This document shows, piece after piece, positions 39,091-52,146 of a DNA stretch of 64,000 nt. The notes beneath the pieces are model-generated. The model did not search any database and had not been told where the DNA came from. It saw nothing but the letters and a program-made list of their open reading frames with translations. The DNA comes from Eledone cirrhosa (Eukaryota), in the NCBI GenBank assembly GCA_964016885.1, contig OZ024740.1, positions 366,234,001 through 366,298,000 of the forward strand, read 5' to 3'. Every line of letters begins with the position of its first letter. Positions within the stretch are counted from its first letter, which is position 1. A program made the translations under genes and the position numbers.

Positions 39091-42000
39091 GTAAATGTAA
39101 CTCTGTCCTAACACTATTTTGAAAATGGATACCTGTCATGTTTAATCACTGCCATAATACTGGAGATATACTACTGATGTGGAGTGCTTTTGGACTGCTT
39201 AAACTGGATTATTTTAAATTTTTATGGTGTTACAACATAACCTTGACAGATAAACATCCTAAGTATATGTGTATGTATGTATACATATGTGTATGTGTGT
39301 ACGAGAGAGAGAGAGAGGGAGAGAGAGAGAAGCTCATCAATTTCAGTTGCCAGGCATTGAACCTTGCTAATTTCAAGAAATTGGTCATGCCAGCAATAGC
39401 CAGAAATAGCCAGCAATCAAAATTAATGAATTTCTGCTCCCACTCATTATATTAATGACAAGATATTTTCCCAAAAGCAAGGCTCTACTGAAAAAAAAAA
39501 AATGCATAAATAAAGCAGCCATTTCTTGTCACTAAAGATGTCATTTCTGACACTAACGCTGCAAAAGACACATTCTTCAAATTGAGACATTATTCTGTGA
39601 CCTGTAGAAAATTTGACACTAGTTATTTGCATCTTTCTGGCTTCAGCAAAAAGCAATGGAATACTAATAACTTGAAACTATTGATGTACATTCATGGCTG
39701 TCAAGGTACTTTTTTTCTCTTAATCATAGGAAGTGTATCTAGCCATAAAAAACTTTCCAAACAAAGAGTCAGGAGGACATTTCAGCTGTATTATAGACAC
39801 AACAATCTCCCCAGTGTTTGTAATCTACATGATAAACACACCCTGTACACTCTGTAAAGTGATTGGTGATAGGAAGGGTATTGAGCCATTGAAAATTTGC
39901 CAAACATAGGGTTGGGAGGGCACTTCAGCTATGTAAAAAATATGACAACTTAGTGTTTGTGACCCACATGAACAATGATCAACCAGTATACTCTGTAAAG
40001 TGTTAGGTGATAGGAAGGGCATCCAGCCATTGAAAACCTGCCAAATAAAGAGTCAGGAAGACTCTTCAGGTATACCAAAAACACAACTTCCTTAGTGTTA
40101 GTGCCACAATAGAATGCACTCGGTAAAGTGCAGGATTGTATGTTGGGACCTTGACCCACCTGGAAGTCAGAGGCTCTTCTTGAGTATTAAACCTGTTTGT
40201 GATGATATATTCAACATTTACAAGAGACCCCCATCACCACCACCATTAAACAACAATGATGATGATTGTGATGATAGTAACTAAATTTGGCCAGTAAATT
40301 GTATTGGCAGCTCCACGTATTTGATTGACCTTTTTAATGACTGTTATAAAAGAGATGTATTTTGTGTGGGACTTTGAGAAACAATTCATATGCCTGAATC
40401 TTTATTGATAGATGCTTTTAGAAATTTATCTTTGCTCTCCTAAAAAGTATCATGCACACATACACACACACATACACACACACACATGAACGCACACACA
40501 CACTATTACGTGTTGATACAAGAACTACTATTTTATCAACATACATTATTATTCAGACTATATGAAACTGCTGTTACACAGTGTACTATAAAATGATACA
40601 ACTATACTTTACACAGATCAATTGTATATTACAGCTATTGCTTCCTGCAATTACTTACTATACACATATACAGACACACGTTACATCATAAAGATTCACA
40701 TGAATAAGAACTAACACACATTTATGACAATATTTTCTTTGAATAACCTGAATATTTTCTCCTGTGTGTAAATTCTCTGTTAAATTTCAAACAGAAAATC
40801 ATGAACTGTGTTAATTCTTTTTTGCTAAATGTTAACATGCATATTTTATTCTACAAATGAAGACACTTTTTTCAACTTAGTTTCCAAATACCCTATATTT
40901 GACTTGTATATAACTGCTATTTCTACTATGGTACTTATATGACTTTGATTAGCTGTAGCTGATTTATACTTTATTGGAGCATATTAAAAATAATGAATAT
41001 GTTTATGTCAATTTTATTTGTTTATCAATTTTGTTTTCTTCATCCACTCTTCACAAACTATATAATGATAATTGTTTCTACTTTTGGCACAAGGCCAGCA
41101 ATTACCTCCAGTGCATTACTGGTACTTTATTTTATTGACCCTGTAAGGATGAAAGACAAAGTTAACCTTGGCGGGATTTGAACTCAGACTGTAAAGGGCC
41201 ATAAGTCTATGCTGAAAAGCATGGCGTCCGACCCTCTAATGAAAGATAAACAGTAATTTTACATTCAAATAATGATAATATTTGCCATACATAATGTGTA
41301 TGTATTGCTCACCATTTAATATAAAAAACAATGAAAAGCAATACACATACCTTATGTTTAAAACAGTATCAAATTAAGAAAGGAGAAAACAACAAATGCA
41401 TTAGGATATTTTTTAATTTATACAGTTAACCCAAACTCTCTCATGTATCCACCCCAACTCCCAATTACTGTCTTTCCAGCCTGGCCAACGATGTAAGCTT
41501 CCTAATGCAAGCTTCCTGTGGTAGTATTGGTACCACAATAAAATGCACTCAGCACTTAGCCCACACTAGAAGGTGGAAGTGCTGGTGTTACAATAAAATG
41601 CACCCGGCCAACTCTGTAAAGTAATAGTGATATTGATAGTACAACAAAAAAGCACCAAATTCACCCTGACAAGTGGTAGTTGTGGTACCATGAGAAAACA
41701 AATCCTACACATGCTGTGAAGTGATTGGTGTCAGGAAGAGTATCCAGCCATAGAAACCATGCCAAAATGGAATATATGAGCATGACACAGTCATCTGACT
41801 TACCCGTCTGACCAATGCAAGTGTCGAAAATAGACATGAAATGCTAATGATAATGATGATGTTTTCTTAAGAAAGAAAAGGGCCATGTATCTGGGCACTC
41901 ATGCTTTAATATCATATAATTATGAATTTGAGTCTTTATGCAATTAAATAATTGTTTTTACTTAAGGCACAAGGCCAGCAATTTGAAGGGAGAGGGGACA

Positions 42001-42249
42001 GTCATGGGAAAGTCGATTAAATCAACCCCAGTGCGTTATTGTCACTTTATTTTATCGACCCCGTTGATGAAAGGAAAAGCTAATCTTAGTGAGATTTGAA
42101 ATCAGAATGTAAAGAGACATAATTCTATGCTGCAAACCATGGTGTCTGATGCTTAACCGATGCTGCCAATCCACCATCCTATGATGGTTTGATGATATGC
42201 ACTCTTATTTCATTATTTAATTAAATAATGAATTTAGAGCTCATATCAT

Positions 42250-43460
42250 CCAACTGTTCATCCTTTTTTAGAGCTCTACAGGTATTTCCATCTTTTCTGA
42301 TGTTTGTATTTTCCTTAAGTTCCTTATCACAAAATCACTTTCCTTATTATTGAACATTTGATTCAATGAAATTTCTGGTTTTAATGAAAGTTTCAAAGTC
42401 CAGATATCTAAAGCCTCTTTTTTGTATATTTTAACATATAGCAAATAATATAGGGCTCTGTTTTGTAAACATTCAGAGACTGATCTCAGAGTTTTGTACA
42501 CCTGCAATAGCCAAAAACATATCTGAACTAGTGTCAAAGACACGTCATTTTTCAAGAAGTGAATTGAATTCAGATGTGGCTTTAACATCAAATTTGAGAT
42601 TCAACAATCTGAAATGAGATAGTGATCAAAAGAGAGAACAATTCATGTTCATATGATACAATTATGGTTGAGTTTTGTGATTTTAGCTTACCACACACAC
42701 CCATCTTCTGAATTTTTGTTTAGCTGATCCAAGCATCTTCTTTTGAAGCATCTTTTGTTCAGATATTACCTCCCTTGTATGATTGCAAAAAGAAAGTCAT
42801 CGTTGACTATAGTGGTCCTATCAAAATTTTGACTGGTAGAATATGTTGCTGTCTAATTATGAACAAAAACATAGCACCAGATATAAATGAATTGTGGCGC
42901 TTCATTTCTTATCATACTTCTAGCAGCTCCATAAAATGTCACACCTGCAATCTTCTCCAATCTTAAACAATTACAATCCACCATAGTTAATATATATTTC
43001 AGAACTTCAGTGTATTCTATAATCTACTTTTGTCTTAAATTGTCAGATTCATTTACCAGCAAAGATTCTTTATAATTTTACCATTCAGTATTAAGAACTG
43101 CCAGGAAGGTTGCATCGTGTGATTTTACCACCTCATGTTCAGAAATGCTTTGATAAATATGGGAAAAGACTGTAAGGTTAGTTCAAATGTTTCTGTGTTG
43201 AAAAAAGTTGGATAAATCTTGCAAGAAACAGCCTGAACTTCATTATTTTCAAATTTCACTGCTAACCAATTTCAAGAAATGCTATCTTTAGTGATTCTGC
43301 ATTCATAAATTAATTTTCCACCAAACAACAATGATTTTTCATCTTTGACTGGTGACTATATAGCTCTAGAACCTGTTAGCTGTATTCTTCTGGAAAGATG
43401 TGCAATAACAAGCAAGGGACATCTTTTGGAAAAGTTCTTGATTTTCTTCTTTCTTTATTT
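42250..43460 (-). pseudogene. heavily decayed hAT-like transposase remnant
   Basis: Minus strand RLEKIAGVTFYGAA..MIRNEAPQFIYIWCY resembles the hAT DGAA..M...P.A.Y.HC motif; remaining frames are broken. Confidence 0.45.
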
Positions 43461-43593
43461 GTGAAACTCCATTTGTTGAGGTGGCAAATTGGCAAAGTTA
43501 TTAGAAAGTTGCATAGAATGTTTTGCAGTACTCATTCCTGCTCTCTGTGCTCTGAGTTCACATACCGCTGACGTCAACTCTGCCTTTCATCAT

Positions 43594-43820
43594 TTAACCC
43601 TTTATTATTTACATTACTCTATATATACTATAGTATTTTCATGATAAAGGCTTTACTTCACATAATTATTACACAAAATATCGAAGCTACGAGATTTTGA
43701 TATTATTTATTTTGAGAAAAATACCTAAACATAAGTATGTTCAGCTGGTTACAGCAGTTTGAACAGAAAGAGGTCAGAGAATTCTGGCTGGATACGGCCA
43801 GTTTAAGTGCTAAAGGTTTA
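43594..43820. mobile_element. possible piggyBac-like MITE inserted in a SINE
   Basis: ttaa-ccctttatta ... gtgctaaaggttta; interrupts a family-1-like SINE right after gcctttcatc. Confidence 0.45.
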
Positions 43821-45379
43821 CTGTTCTTTTTTTTTCTTTTAATAAAATCACTTACAGAATGCTATATTATGTATGTGCCAAAATTAAACCCAATTATGAC
43901 TATCCTTATTTATCTATGACTATATAGTGATTTCTAATTTAGGCATAAAACCAGCAATTTGGGTCAGGAGAAAGTTGATTAAATTGATCTCAATACTTTA
44001 CTGGTACTTTATTTTATGATTCCCAGAAAAATAAAAGATAAAGTTGACCTTGCTGGGATTTGAACTCAGAACATAAAGAGCCAGAACAAATATTGCTAAG
44101 TATTTGTGCGACACTTACAAACTCTTCCAATCTCCTGCCCTGTTTATGACTGCATAATGCAATACTTCCTTTCTTTCTCAAGACAGTAGGATGTAATTTG
44201 AAGGAGATCTGACTGCTATTTTTACCAAGTCAAACAATCACCTAGAACCTATTTTTTTTACTCCATGTTCTTGAAAGTATATAAGTATGTTTGGTATTAA
44301 AAATATATGACATAAAATTAAAAATATTTACCCATCTCCCTCACCCCAAAAGGTGTTTAATTAATAATCCCATGCAAAAATTAACAATATTAGGTAAAAA
44401 TTTAACACTATTCAACTCACTCGATTCCCTCCACCACCCCGCATCAGGGACATGTTTCCGACATTGAGAATCACAGGTTTAGAAGTTCCCTTGTTGGCAC
44501 ATAATGGTTTTGGTGAATGATTTTGTAAAAGTGTTTTATAATGAAGTTCACTGTTGGAATGTGATTAGGTTATTTGATGTTGTTATTGAAATTTTGCTAT
44601 GTAGAATAGTCATTCTTAGAATGATTGATGCTACTAATTTCTTTGTATAGTATTTTATTGCTAGTTTTGTGTTTTATTGTTGTATGTTTGCCAGCTTTTT
44701 TGTATGTGTTTGGTTTGTTTTCTTGTTATTGCCATTATTTAGTTGTTTGGTGTTCACTTTAAAAAAAAAAAAAAATTCTTTAAAAAATATAAAAAATGTC
44801 TTTTTAACTTTTTAAAAAAATATTTTAATTTGGCCTACAGCAAAACATCAAGTATCCACAATATCAACCCTCTAAACATTGCTTTCTGCATCCTACACTT
44901 AATTACCTCTGCCAAATGGCAAACGATTCTCCCGTAATCTTTCGACCGCCTGCTAATTATCACCTTCATAAACAACACTAACATCAATGGAGGAGTAAAT
45001 TACATTTTGCAGAATTTCTACAACTCTACAAGCACCATGAGTCGATGTGGGCACTTGATATTCTAGAAATATCAGTCAAATCATTTGCAAATGCCATATT
45101 AATACCATCATCAGAAAAATAATCATATTGTATAATGTAACTCAGGATATATTAAGCCTATTAGAAATTGATGGAATTGTCCTGACTAGAATGCCTTTGA
45201 TCATAACTAAGTCTACTTAATTAGAGATGGGTTAGTACTAAACAATAAGAATAACAACAACCACTATCACCATGATCACTACTAACATAAGTGAAAAGCT
45301 TTTAAAATGTCTTATAAGACATTAAAAAATACAACCTTAATTACACTACAGAAATATTGTCAAACTTTAAAATTTCCAA

Positions 45380-45822
45380 GTAAGGTTTCTCTCTATGAAT
45401 GAAAGGCTGGCTGTATGACACCTGTATGTAATGTGCGATGCTGCATGGTAGTGATACATGGATAATGTATTTAGAGGGTATGTGAAGGCTGGAGAGAAAT
45501 GAAGTGAGTATGCTTTGATGGATGTGCAATGTCAATGTGCTTGAATGATGAAGCAGGAATGAACTGAGAGAAAAACTGGATATATAAGGAATCAGATGTG
45601 ATGTCCAAGAGAGAAGACTGCTAGTATGGATGCATATAGATGGATGCACAAAAAATTGCAGTGGAAGAAAGCCAAAGTAGAAGACCAAGGATAACCTGTG
45701 TGGAGATAGGGAGATTGATCTCAAATCTCTAAAGCTCACAGAGGGGATGAAGAAGGAATGTAATGAATGGAGGGATGCTATACTGAAAAAGACCCATCCA
45801 ACCCATGCATGCATGGAAATCC
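45380..45822 (+). pseudogene. RTE-like LINE 3' end
   Basis: AMLHGSDTW...RLERNEVSML*WMCNV...ELREKLDI*GIRCDVQERRL; 3' UTR ends tccaacccatgcatgcatggaaa. Confidence 0.85.
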
Positions 45823-46004
45823 TCCTCATCATCATCATTTAACATCCACTTTCCATACTAGCATGGGTAGGACGAGCTGTCCTTTTGTGAGAGATCAGAG
45901 GACTGTGTTTCGCTCACACAGAACTGATTTCAGCTTAGTTTCTACAGCTGGATGCCCTTCCTAATGCCAACCACATTTACAGTGTATGCTGGGTGTCTTT
46001 TGAT

Positions 46005-46222
46005 GTGACACCAACACGACCACTTTATAGTGTGAGCTGGGCACTTTTTGTCATGACACCAACACGACCACTTTACAGTGTGAGCTGGGCACTTTTTTTT
46101 GTGACACCAACACGACCACTTTACAGTGTGAGCTGGGCACTTTTTGTCGTGACACCAACACGACCACTTTACAGTGTGAGCTGGGCATTTGTTTTTGTGA
46201 CACCAACACGATCACTTTACAG
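46005..46222. repeat. 48-bp minisatellite (about 4.5 copies) inside a family-2 element
   Basis: Unit gtgacaccaacacgaccactttacagtgtgagctgggcactttttgtc. Confidence 0.92.
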
Positions 46223-47479
46223 AGGATGTAAAATGATGATAATTATCACTAGTCATTTAGGCTTTCCTCCAATTATTTCCAAGGTAATTTATCAAGTTAA
46301 ATATTTTTGCTCACTTCTTTAAGTATATTAACACTCACTCAAATATATATTTTCTGCAGATGACATCTATAAATGATTTTTTTCAGTCATCATCATCATT
46401 GGTTTGATGTTCATTCCCTCTCCATGCTTGCATGGGTTGGATGAGATATTTTTGAGTTAGTATTGTATGGCAAGCCTAACTTGTAATTGTTCAATTGTTC
46501 AAAGTTAGTTGCATGTTGAACCACTGAACCAAAGGAACTTAGTTTTTGTAGTACATAAACACCCACCACTATTAGCTGAGTCAAATATGAAGAAACATTG
46601 ATGCACACACATATACACACACGTGTGTGTGTGTGTGTATATGTGTGTATGAGATGGGCTTCATATAGTTTCTACCTGCATCTACCAATTTCACACATAA
46701 AGTATTAGTCAGCTAAAATACTTCCATTAAAGAAATATTAATAAAATAAAAGTAAAAATTTGACATCAAATAAATAAAGGTAAAAAGGTAAAATATAATA
46801 ATAAATCTAAACTATAATAAAGGAAGGTCTGCGGGACTGCGTACGGTTTTTTTAATTTTTTATTCCGTTAGTAAAATAAGTTGAATAAATAATGAATGAA
46901 TATTACATAATTTATCTACTAAATTTCGTAAACAAAAATAATTTCATAAAAATAAATAATTTAAAATTGACTTCTTTTCAAAGTTGCTCTTCCGGTATAT
47001 CGTTGTCACCACCACCACCACTTCAACTACCATATATATAGAAAGAGAGAGTGTGTGATGTCAACACTTCCGGTAGCGATCACTTAAATAAACATGCTAA
47101 TTTTCTCCTAATGCAGTTTATATATATCGTCTTTTTTTAATGTATCATGGATTACGTTACTGATTACATTGTCAATTATGATTTTATTTGATGTATCATA
47201 TCTACATGTATATATACTTGTGTATAATATCAATATACACACTACACATGCTAGCAGAAAACCACCCGAAAGGTGGTTTTTCTGCTAGTTGGTTTTAATG
47301 TACATATTACTAAGAAGCTTCTTGTCAGTTCATTTCTTACATAGTTAAAATGGCTGCAATAAACAAAAATTTGAAAAAAAAAGAAAACAGATGCAAAAGA
47401 GAACACCAGAATCATCATCATCATCACCACCATCATCACCCATCATCATCAATATCACCATTAACATCATTATTTAATG

Positions 47480-47669
47480 ATGGGCAGTGGATTGGCAGTA
47501 TCGGTGGAGGGTTGGACGCCATGCTTTGACACATAGAGTTACGTCCCTTTATGATCTGAGTTCAAATCCCACCGAGGTTAACTTTGCCTTTCATCCTTAC
47601 GGGGTCGATAAAATAAAGTACCAGTAATTCACTGGGATAATTGCTGGCCTTGTGCCAAAAGTAGAAACA
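47480..47669 (+). mobile_element. full-length family-1 SINE with 11-bp TSD, nested in a family-2 tail
   Basis: Flanked by attatttaatg on both sides. Confidence 0.9.
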
Positions 47670-48206
47670 ATTATTTAATGTCTGTTTTCCCTGCTAGCAA
47701 GGTTTGGATGGGTTGACACAGACCAAGTTAGTATTGAAGCTGATCTCTCAGATGAGCTGGAGCCTGCAACTTGCTTACATATGTTCCCATACTCTATCAA
47801 GTTCTCAGACAGGCCAGGGACCTGCATTGCACTTACACACATCTTCCTGTTCTACCAAATACATTTTATTATGTACCCAGCACTAAGTGGGTTGTCATCC
47901 ATGTCTTTGACATAGTAAAAGAATCCTGCAGAATAAAGAAAAGAAAATGGAAAATTAAATTTAATAATTATTGATCAGTTGAGCTAACCCTAATCCTAGC
48001 CCTAACCATATACTCCTCACTCATAATATCTCCATAGAAACCATGCCTAAAAGGGTTGAGAGGACCCTTTAGCTGTGTCAAAAACACAACCTCTCAGGTG
48101 TTGGAGATCTACATGATAAATACATCCAGTACACACTGTAAAGTAGTTGGTAAGATGAAGGGCATCCAGCCATAGAAAGCTTGCCAAACAAAGGGTTGAA
48201 AGGACC

Positions 48207-48644
48207 TGTAGTGACCTACAATCCGCGGGCTCACATACATTCTCTGTGCGTGATTTGGCTCAGCTCAGCCAATCAGCGCCAGGAGAAGAGGATGTATCCC
48301 TACGCGTCCTGAGGGAGAAATAGCCTGCGAAGATTTGAGGAATCTAACTCTTGCAGCTCGACCGCGCTAAGGTAAACAACTACTTTTCTTTCGCCGTGAA
48401 ATCACTAGCCAATATGTAACACAACAATTTAACCACGGCCTGGCAACACTTAAACAGCCAGTAGACCGTGCCTTTCTGAAATCTTAATAGCGTTTGTTTT
48501 ATTTCTCTTGATATGCCAGCTCAAATTTTGTTAATAAATAATGTAAAACATGCTAAAGTCGTTGTCCATATTCCTATCATATCTTTCTACCAAAGGTGGT
48601 TCCTCGTGGCAACATTACCACTTCACAATACACTATCTGCTAAA
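48207..48644. mobile_element. probable solo LTR (gypsy-like), 438 bp
   Basis: GACC|tgtag...ctaaa|GACC 4-bp TSD; interrupts a family-2 unit whose intact form reads aggaccctttag (48061); internal AATAAA; CpG-rich; terminal CA apparently mutated. Confidence 0.65.
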
Positions 48645-50607
48645 GACCCTTTAATTATGTGAAGGATATAACACCTTCCCTAGTACTGGTGACCTACACA
48701 ATAAAACCACCCAGTACATGCTGTAAAGTGGTTGCTGTTAGGAAGGGCCTCCAACCATAGAAAGCTTGCCAAACAAGGGGTTAGGATGATCCTTCTATTT
48801 GTGTCAAAAGATACAACTTCTTCTATGTACTTAATAGTGGCTGTACATTAGTGGGATACAAACCTCCTTGGCCTGTCTGGGACAACAGTGGCTCCACTTC
48901 AGTACTGAACTGGTTTATGTAGATCTGTAGATCTGTCCAACCCTTGTTAGTAGAGAAAGCGGGCATTAAATAATCATGGTTATGATATTCTAGCTTAATA
49001 TCAAAAGACAAGAACTTTGTGAACAAAAATTTCTTCAGGATAGAGATGATTAAGATGGTCAGTGTTTTACTGTTATTGTTGTTGACTTTGTTGTTGTTTA
49101 GCCCCATGTTGTGAATGTTTAGCTCATGGTCATAAGGTTGTGGCTTAGATTCCAGGCAGCACATTGTTCTTTGTGCAAAAAGACACTTTATTTCATATTG
49201 CTCCAGTCTACTCAACTGGTAAAAAGGAGTTGTATCTTATAATTCAAAAGGCCACCTTTGTCATATATTGTGTCCTACTAAAGATCTGTGAGAACTATGT
49301 TATGGTTATATTCATCTGTGGAATGCTCAGCCACTTGCATGTTAATTTCACAAGCAGGATATTCTGTTGTTTGAACAATTGGAACACCTATTGTCGGAAC
49401 CAAAAGAGGTCTAACAACTTAGACCCAGGTCAGCCCCAACCAAGCAGATCTATGATCTAAGGCATTCCAGCTATGACTATTTCCTACTTTTTCTATCTAA
49501 GATTACATTATCTACATTTTTCAACATGTCCTCTTTAAGACCATAGAGTGATACTTGAGGGAGATTCGGTTGCTATGTTTAGCAGCTTATACAATCATGT
49601 ACAGGCTCTTTCATTTGCTTGATATTTCATAACTCACTGTTCTATGTTTAAATCTCACGGGGGATTGAATTTTTGTCTTTTGTCTCTTTAAGGTGGGACA
49701 GGTGTATGGGTGTGGGATAAATTGAGTGAAATAATTTATTGTAATGTGGCTGTGAAAAGACTTTCATAACCACACATCGATGCCTGTATTTCATTAGTTC
49801 TTATTTTATCAGGCCTGGAAGATTGAAAGGCAAAATATGAACTGAACTTATAATAGAGATGGAAGGAATTAAATATTTGTATGTAATATATTTTAGTCTT
49901 GCACTGTTCTGTTTCAAATACTGCATCACTCATATATTATGAAATCAATACTATGAATAAATATCAGACAGTTTAAGAAACATCCAAGATAAGTACTTTG
50001 TGAACTGATTCTGCTTTACAAACCAGTTATAAAAGAGAAAACAAAAATTCTATATGAAACTCTTTTAAAATAATGAAACTGTATCTTTGATGATAAGACA
50101 TTTTTAATGAAAATCGAAAAAAGAAAACAAACAAAAACAAATGTAAAATCATAAATAAAGCAAAAAAAAAAAAAAAAATTAGTAATTAAATAGAAATAAA
50201 AACATATTTATATTTTTGAAATTATATTTTTCAGTATTCTATTTTTGTGTAGCTAGCAAATTTAATTAGTATATTGCATTATGAAATTTTTAGAGTAGGT
50301 GTTTATTACAATTATTCTCAGAGAGGATGGCTCAAGTGAATGGGCCTACTCTGAGCATGCAGGCCTGTAGGCTAGGGTGTGCAGAGAGAAGGGGGGCACT
50401 TTCTTATGGTACTCTTGGCTTTCAGAGTGGTTCAGTATCTGTGGGGTTCCGAAATTACCCCTGGGAAGTGCTCCCCACTATTAGGGAATTATTTTGTTAG
50501 GAATTTTTCTTTGTTACTTTGCCACCTGTTTTCTTTTGACATACTTCTTTGTAAATCCTCACTGTTGCCCTCTATTGTATTGTCTATAATCATTATCATT
50601 ATCCATT

Positions 50608-50791
50608 GGCGGTGGATTGGCAGTATCGGTAGAGGGTCGGACGCCATGCTTTCTAGCATAGTTACGTCCCTTTACGATCTGAGTTCAAATCCTGCCGAGG
50701 TTGACTTTGCCTTTCATCCTTACGGGGTCGATAAAATAAAGTACCAGTAATGCACTGGGTATTTGCTGGCCTTGTGCCTAAAGTAGAAACA
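50608..50791 (+). mobile_element. full-length family-1 SINE with 16-bp TSD
   Basis: Flanked by attatcattatccatt at 50592-50607 and 50792-50807. Confidence 0.93.
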
Positions 50792-51321
50792 ATTATCATT
50801 ATCCATTAGGGTGATGTATTGCCAGTATTGGTAGAGCAATGGACCATATGCTTTACAGCATATAGTTACAGCCCATTACATTCTAAGTTTAAATCCTGCC
50901 CTTTCACCCTATTTTTTTCTATAAATCTAGTCTTTTCTGACTAGTTTGGAGGTCCTACTCTTTGATAACACACAGAAAAAAAAGTTGTAGGGAAATACTC
51001 TTAGGAGGGTGGACTATCAGTTCTCCGGGTAAAAAGTTGATTGCCAGATCCTGGAGGTTAGATTAGTTGATAGCACACAAAAAAAAGAGGAAAACATTTT
51101 TTTTCCCACTGAAATTGAGTGGGCTGTTCTTCTATATATTTATCATATATATATATATATATACATATGTATACATATATACATATATATATATGAATGT
51201 ATGTATAGTATATTTGTCAATATATCGTATGTTTAATTAAAAGCATTTTGAAGACCTTGCGCTATCATTTTAAAGTAGTGACTATGTCACTTACTTCATT
51301 TCTCGGCAAAGAAGGGAGAGA

Positions 51322-51363
51322 AGCTGACAGATTCTGTTTCACACTGTTGGTGTTCCTCAGAGC
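51322..51363 (-). ncRNA. type I hammerhead ribozyme motif
   Basis: Minus strand gcu-CUGAGGA-acac[caaca]gugu-GAAA-cagaaucu-GUC-agc; canonical GUC site, near-palindromic stem III, short stem I. Confidence 0.75.
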
Positions 51364-51489
51364 AACGTACACCCTGCCTATACCGAAAATTATAGAGGCT
51401 GGATTCTTATAGAATTCCAGTAATAATCAGGAACTGATTATACAGAGCGATTGCCGGTCCAGCAAAAATTAAAAATTATATATATATAT

Positions 51490-51648
51490 CCATATGTGTT
51501 TGATGGCTGAGAGAAAAGAGTAGTCAATACCGAAGTAGAGTTTGGTTATTCATTTTATTAAGTGTAAACAGTGAGTCTTGTTACTCTGGAGTTTTTCCTG
51601 TTTAGGCAAAACTTCAGAGTAACAATTTAGCCTTAATAAAATGAAAAA
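51490..51648. mobile_element. miniature palindromic unit between (TA)n tracts (probable PLE footprint)
   Basis: ttcattttattaag..ttgttactctggagtttttcct / aggcaaaacttcagagtaacaa..cttaataaaatgaa; left extension of about 60 bp. Confidence 0.6.
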
Positions 51649-51659
51649 ATATATATATA

Positions 51660-51925
51660 GTGTAGTTGAATTTCATAATAAATATCCAAGTAGGTAGAGC
51701 ACTCAATCTGGGAGATGAGTTGTGTTATATAAAATATTTTATTACATCAACTGTACATTATCTGAATACATGTGTTTCACTAGGAGGATCTAAGACTCTT
51801 TAGGTTCATCAGTTCGGCTATATTGAAATGAACTATTTCAATATGGCCGAACTAATGAACTGGGAGAGTTTTAGATCCTCTCAGTGAAACATGTGTATTG
51901 GGATAAAATATTGTTGATGTAATAA
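51660..51925. mobile_element. miniature palindromic PLE footprint with a hammerhead in each arm
   Basis: Arms about 51739-51829 / 51835-51925; left arm (-) ccgaa-CUGAUGA...GAAA-cacau-GUA-uucag; right arm core mutated to CUAAUGA; left extension of about 80 bp. Confidence 0.8.
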
Positions 51926-51940
51926 TATATATATATATAT

Positions 51941-52146
51941 AACAAAGAAAGTGTGGTAAGGAACCAGGTGGACCATAACACACCAGAGTTACATTGGGTA
52001 CATTGGGTAGTAGACTGGGTAATAGGAAAAGAGTCAGGACCCTGATGGCTGAGCTCTGGCCGTATCTACAGCAAGATCCGAACAGTTTGGATCTAGCTGT
52101 CGAAACAGCCAGAGCTCAGCCGTCGGAGTCCTGACTCTTTTCCTAT
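51941..52146. mobile_element. miniature palindromic unit between (TA)n tracts (probable PLE footprint)
   Basis: Arms ataggaaaagagtcaggac...agatccgaac / gtttggatct...gtcctgactcttttcctat (52022-52146); contains cGAAAc; left extension of about 80 bp. Confidence 0.65.
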
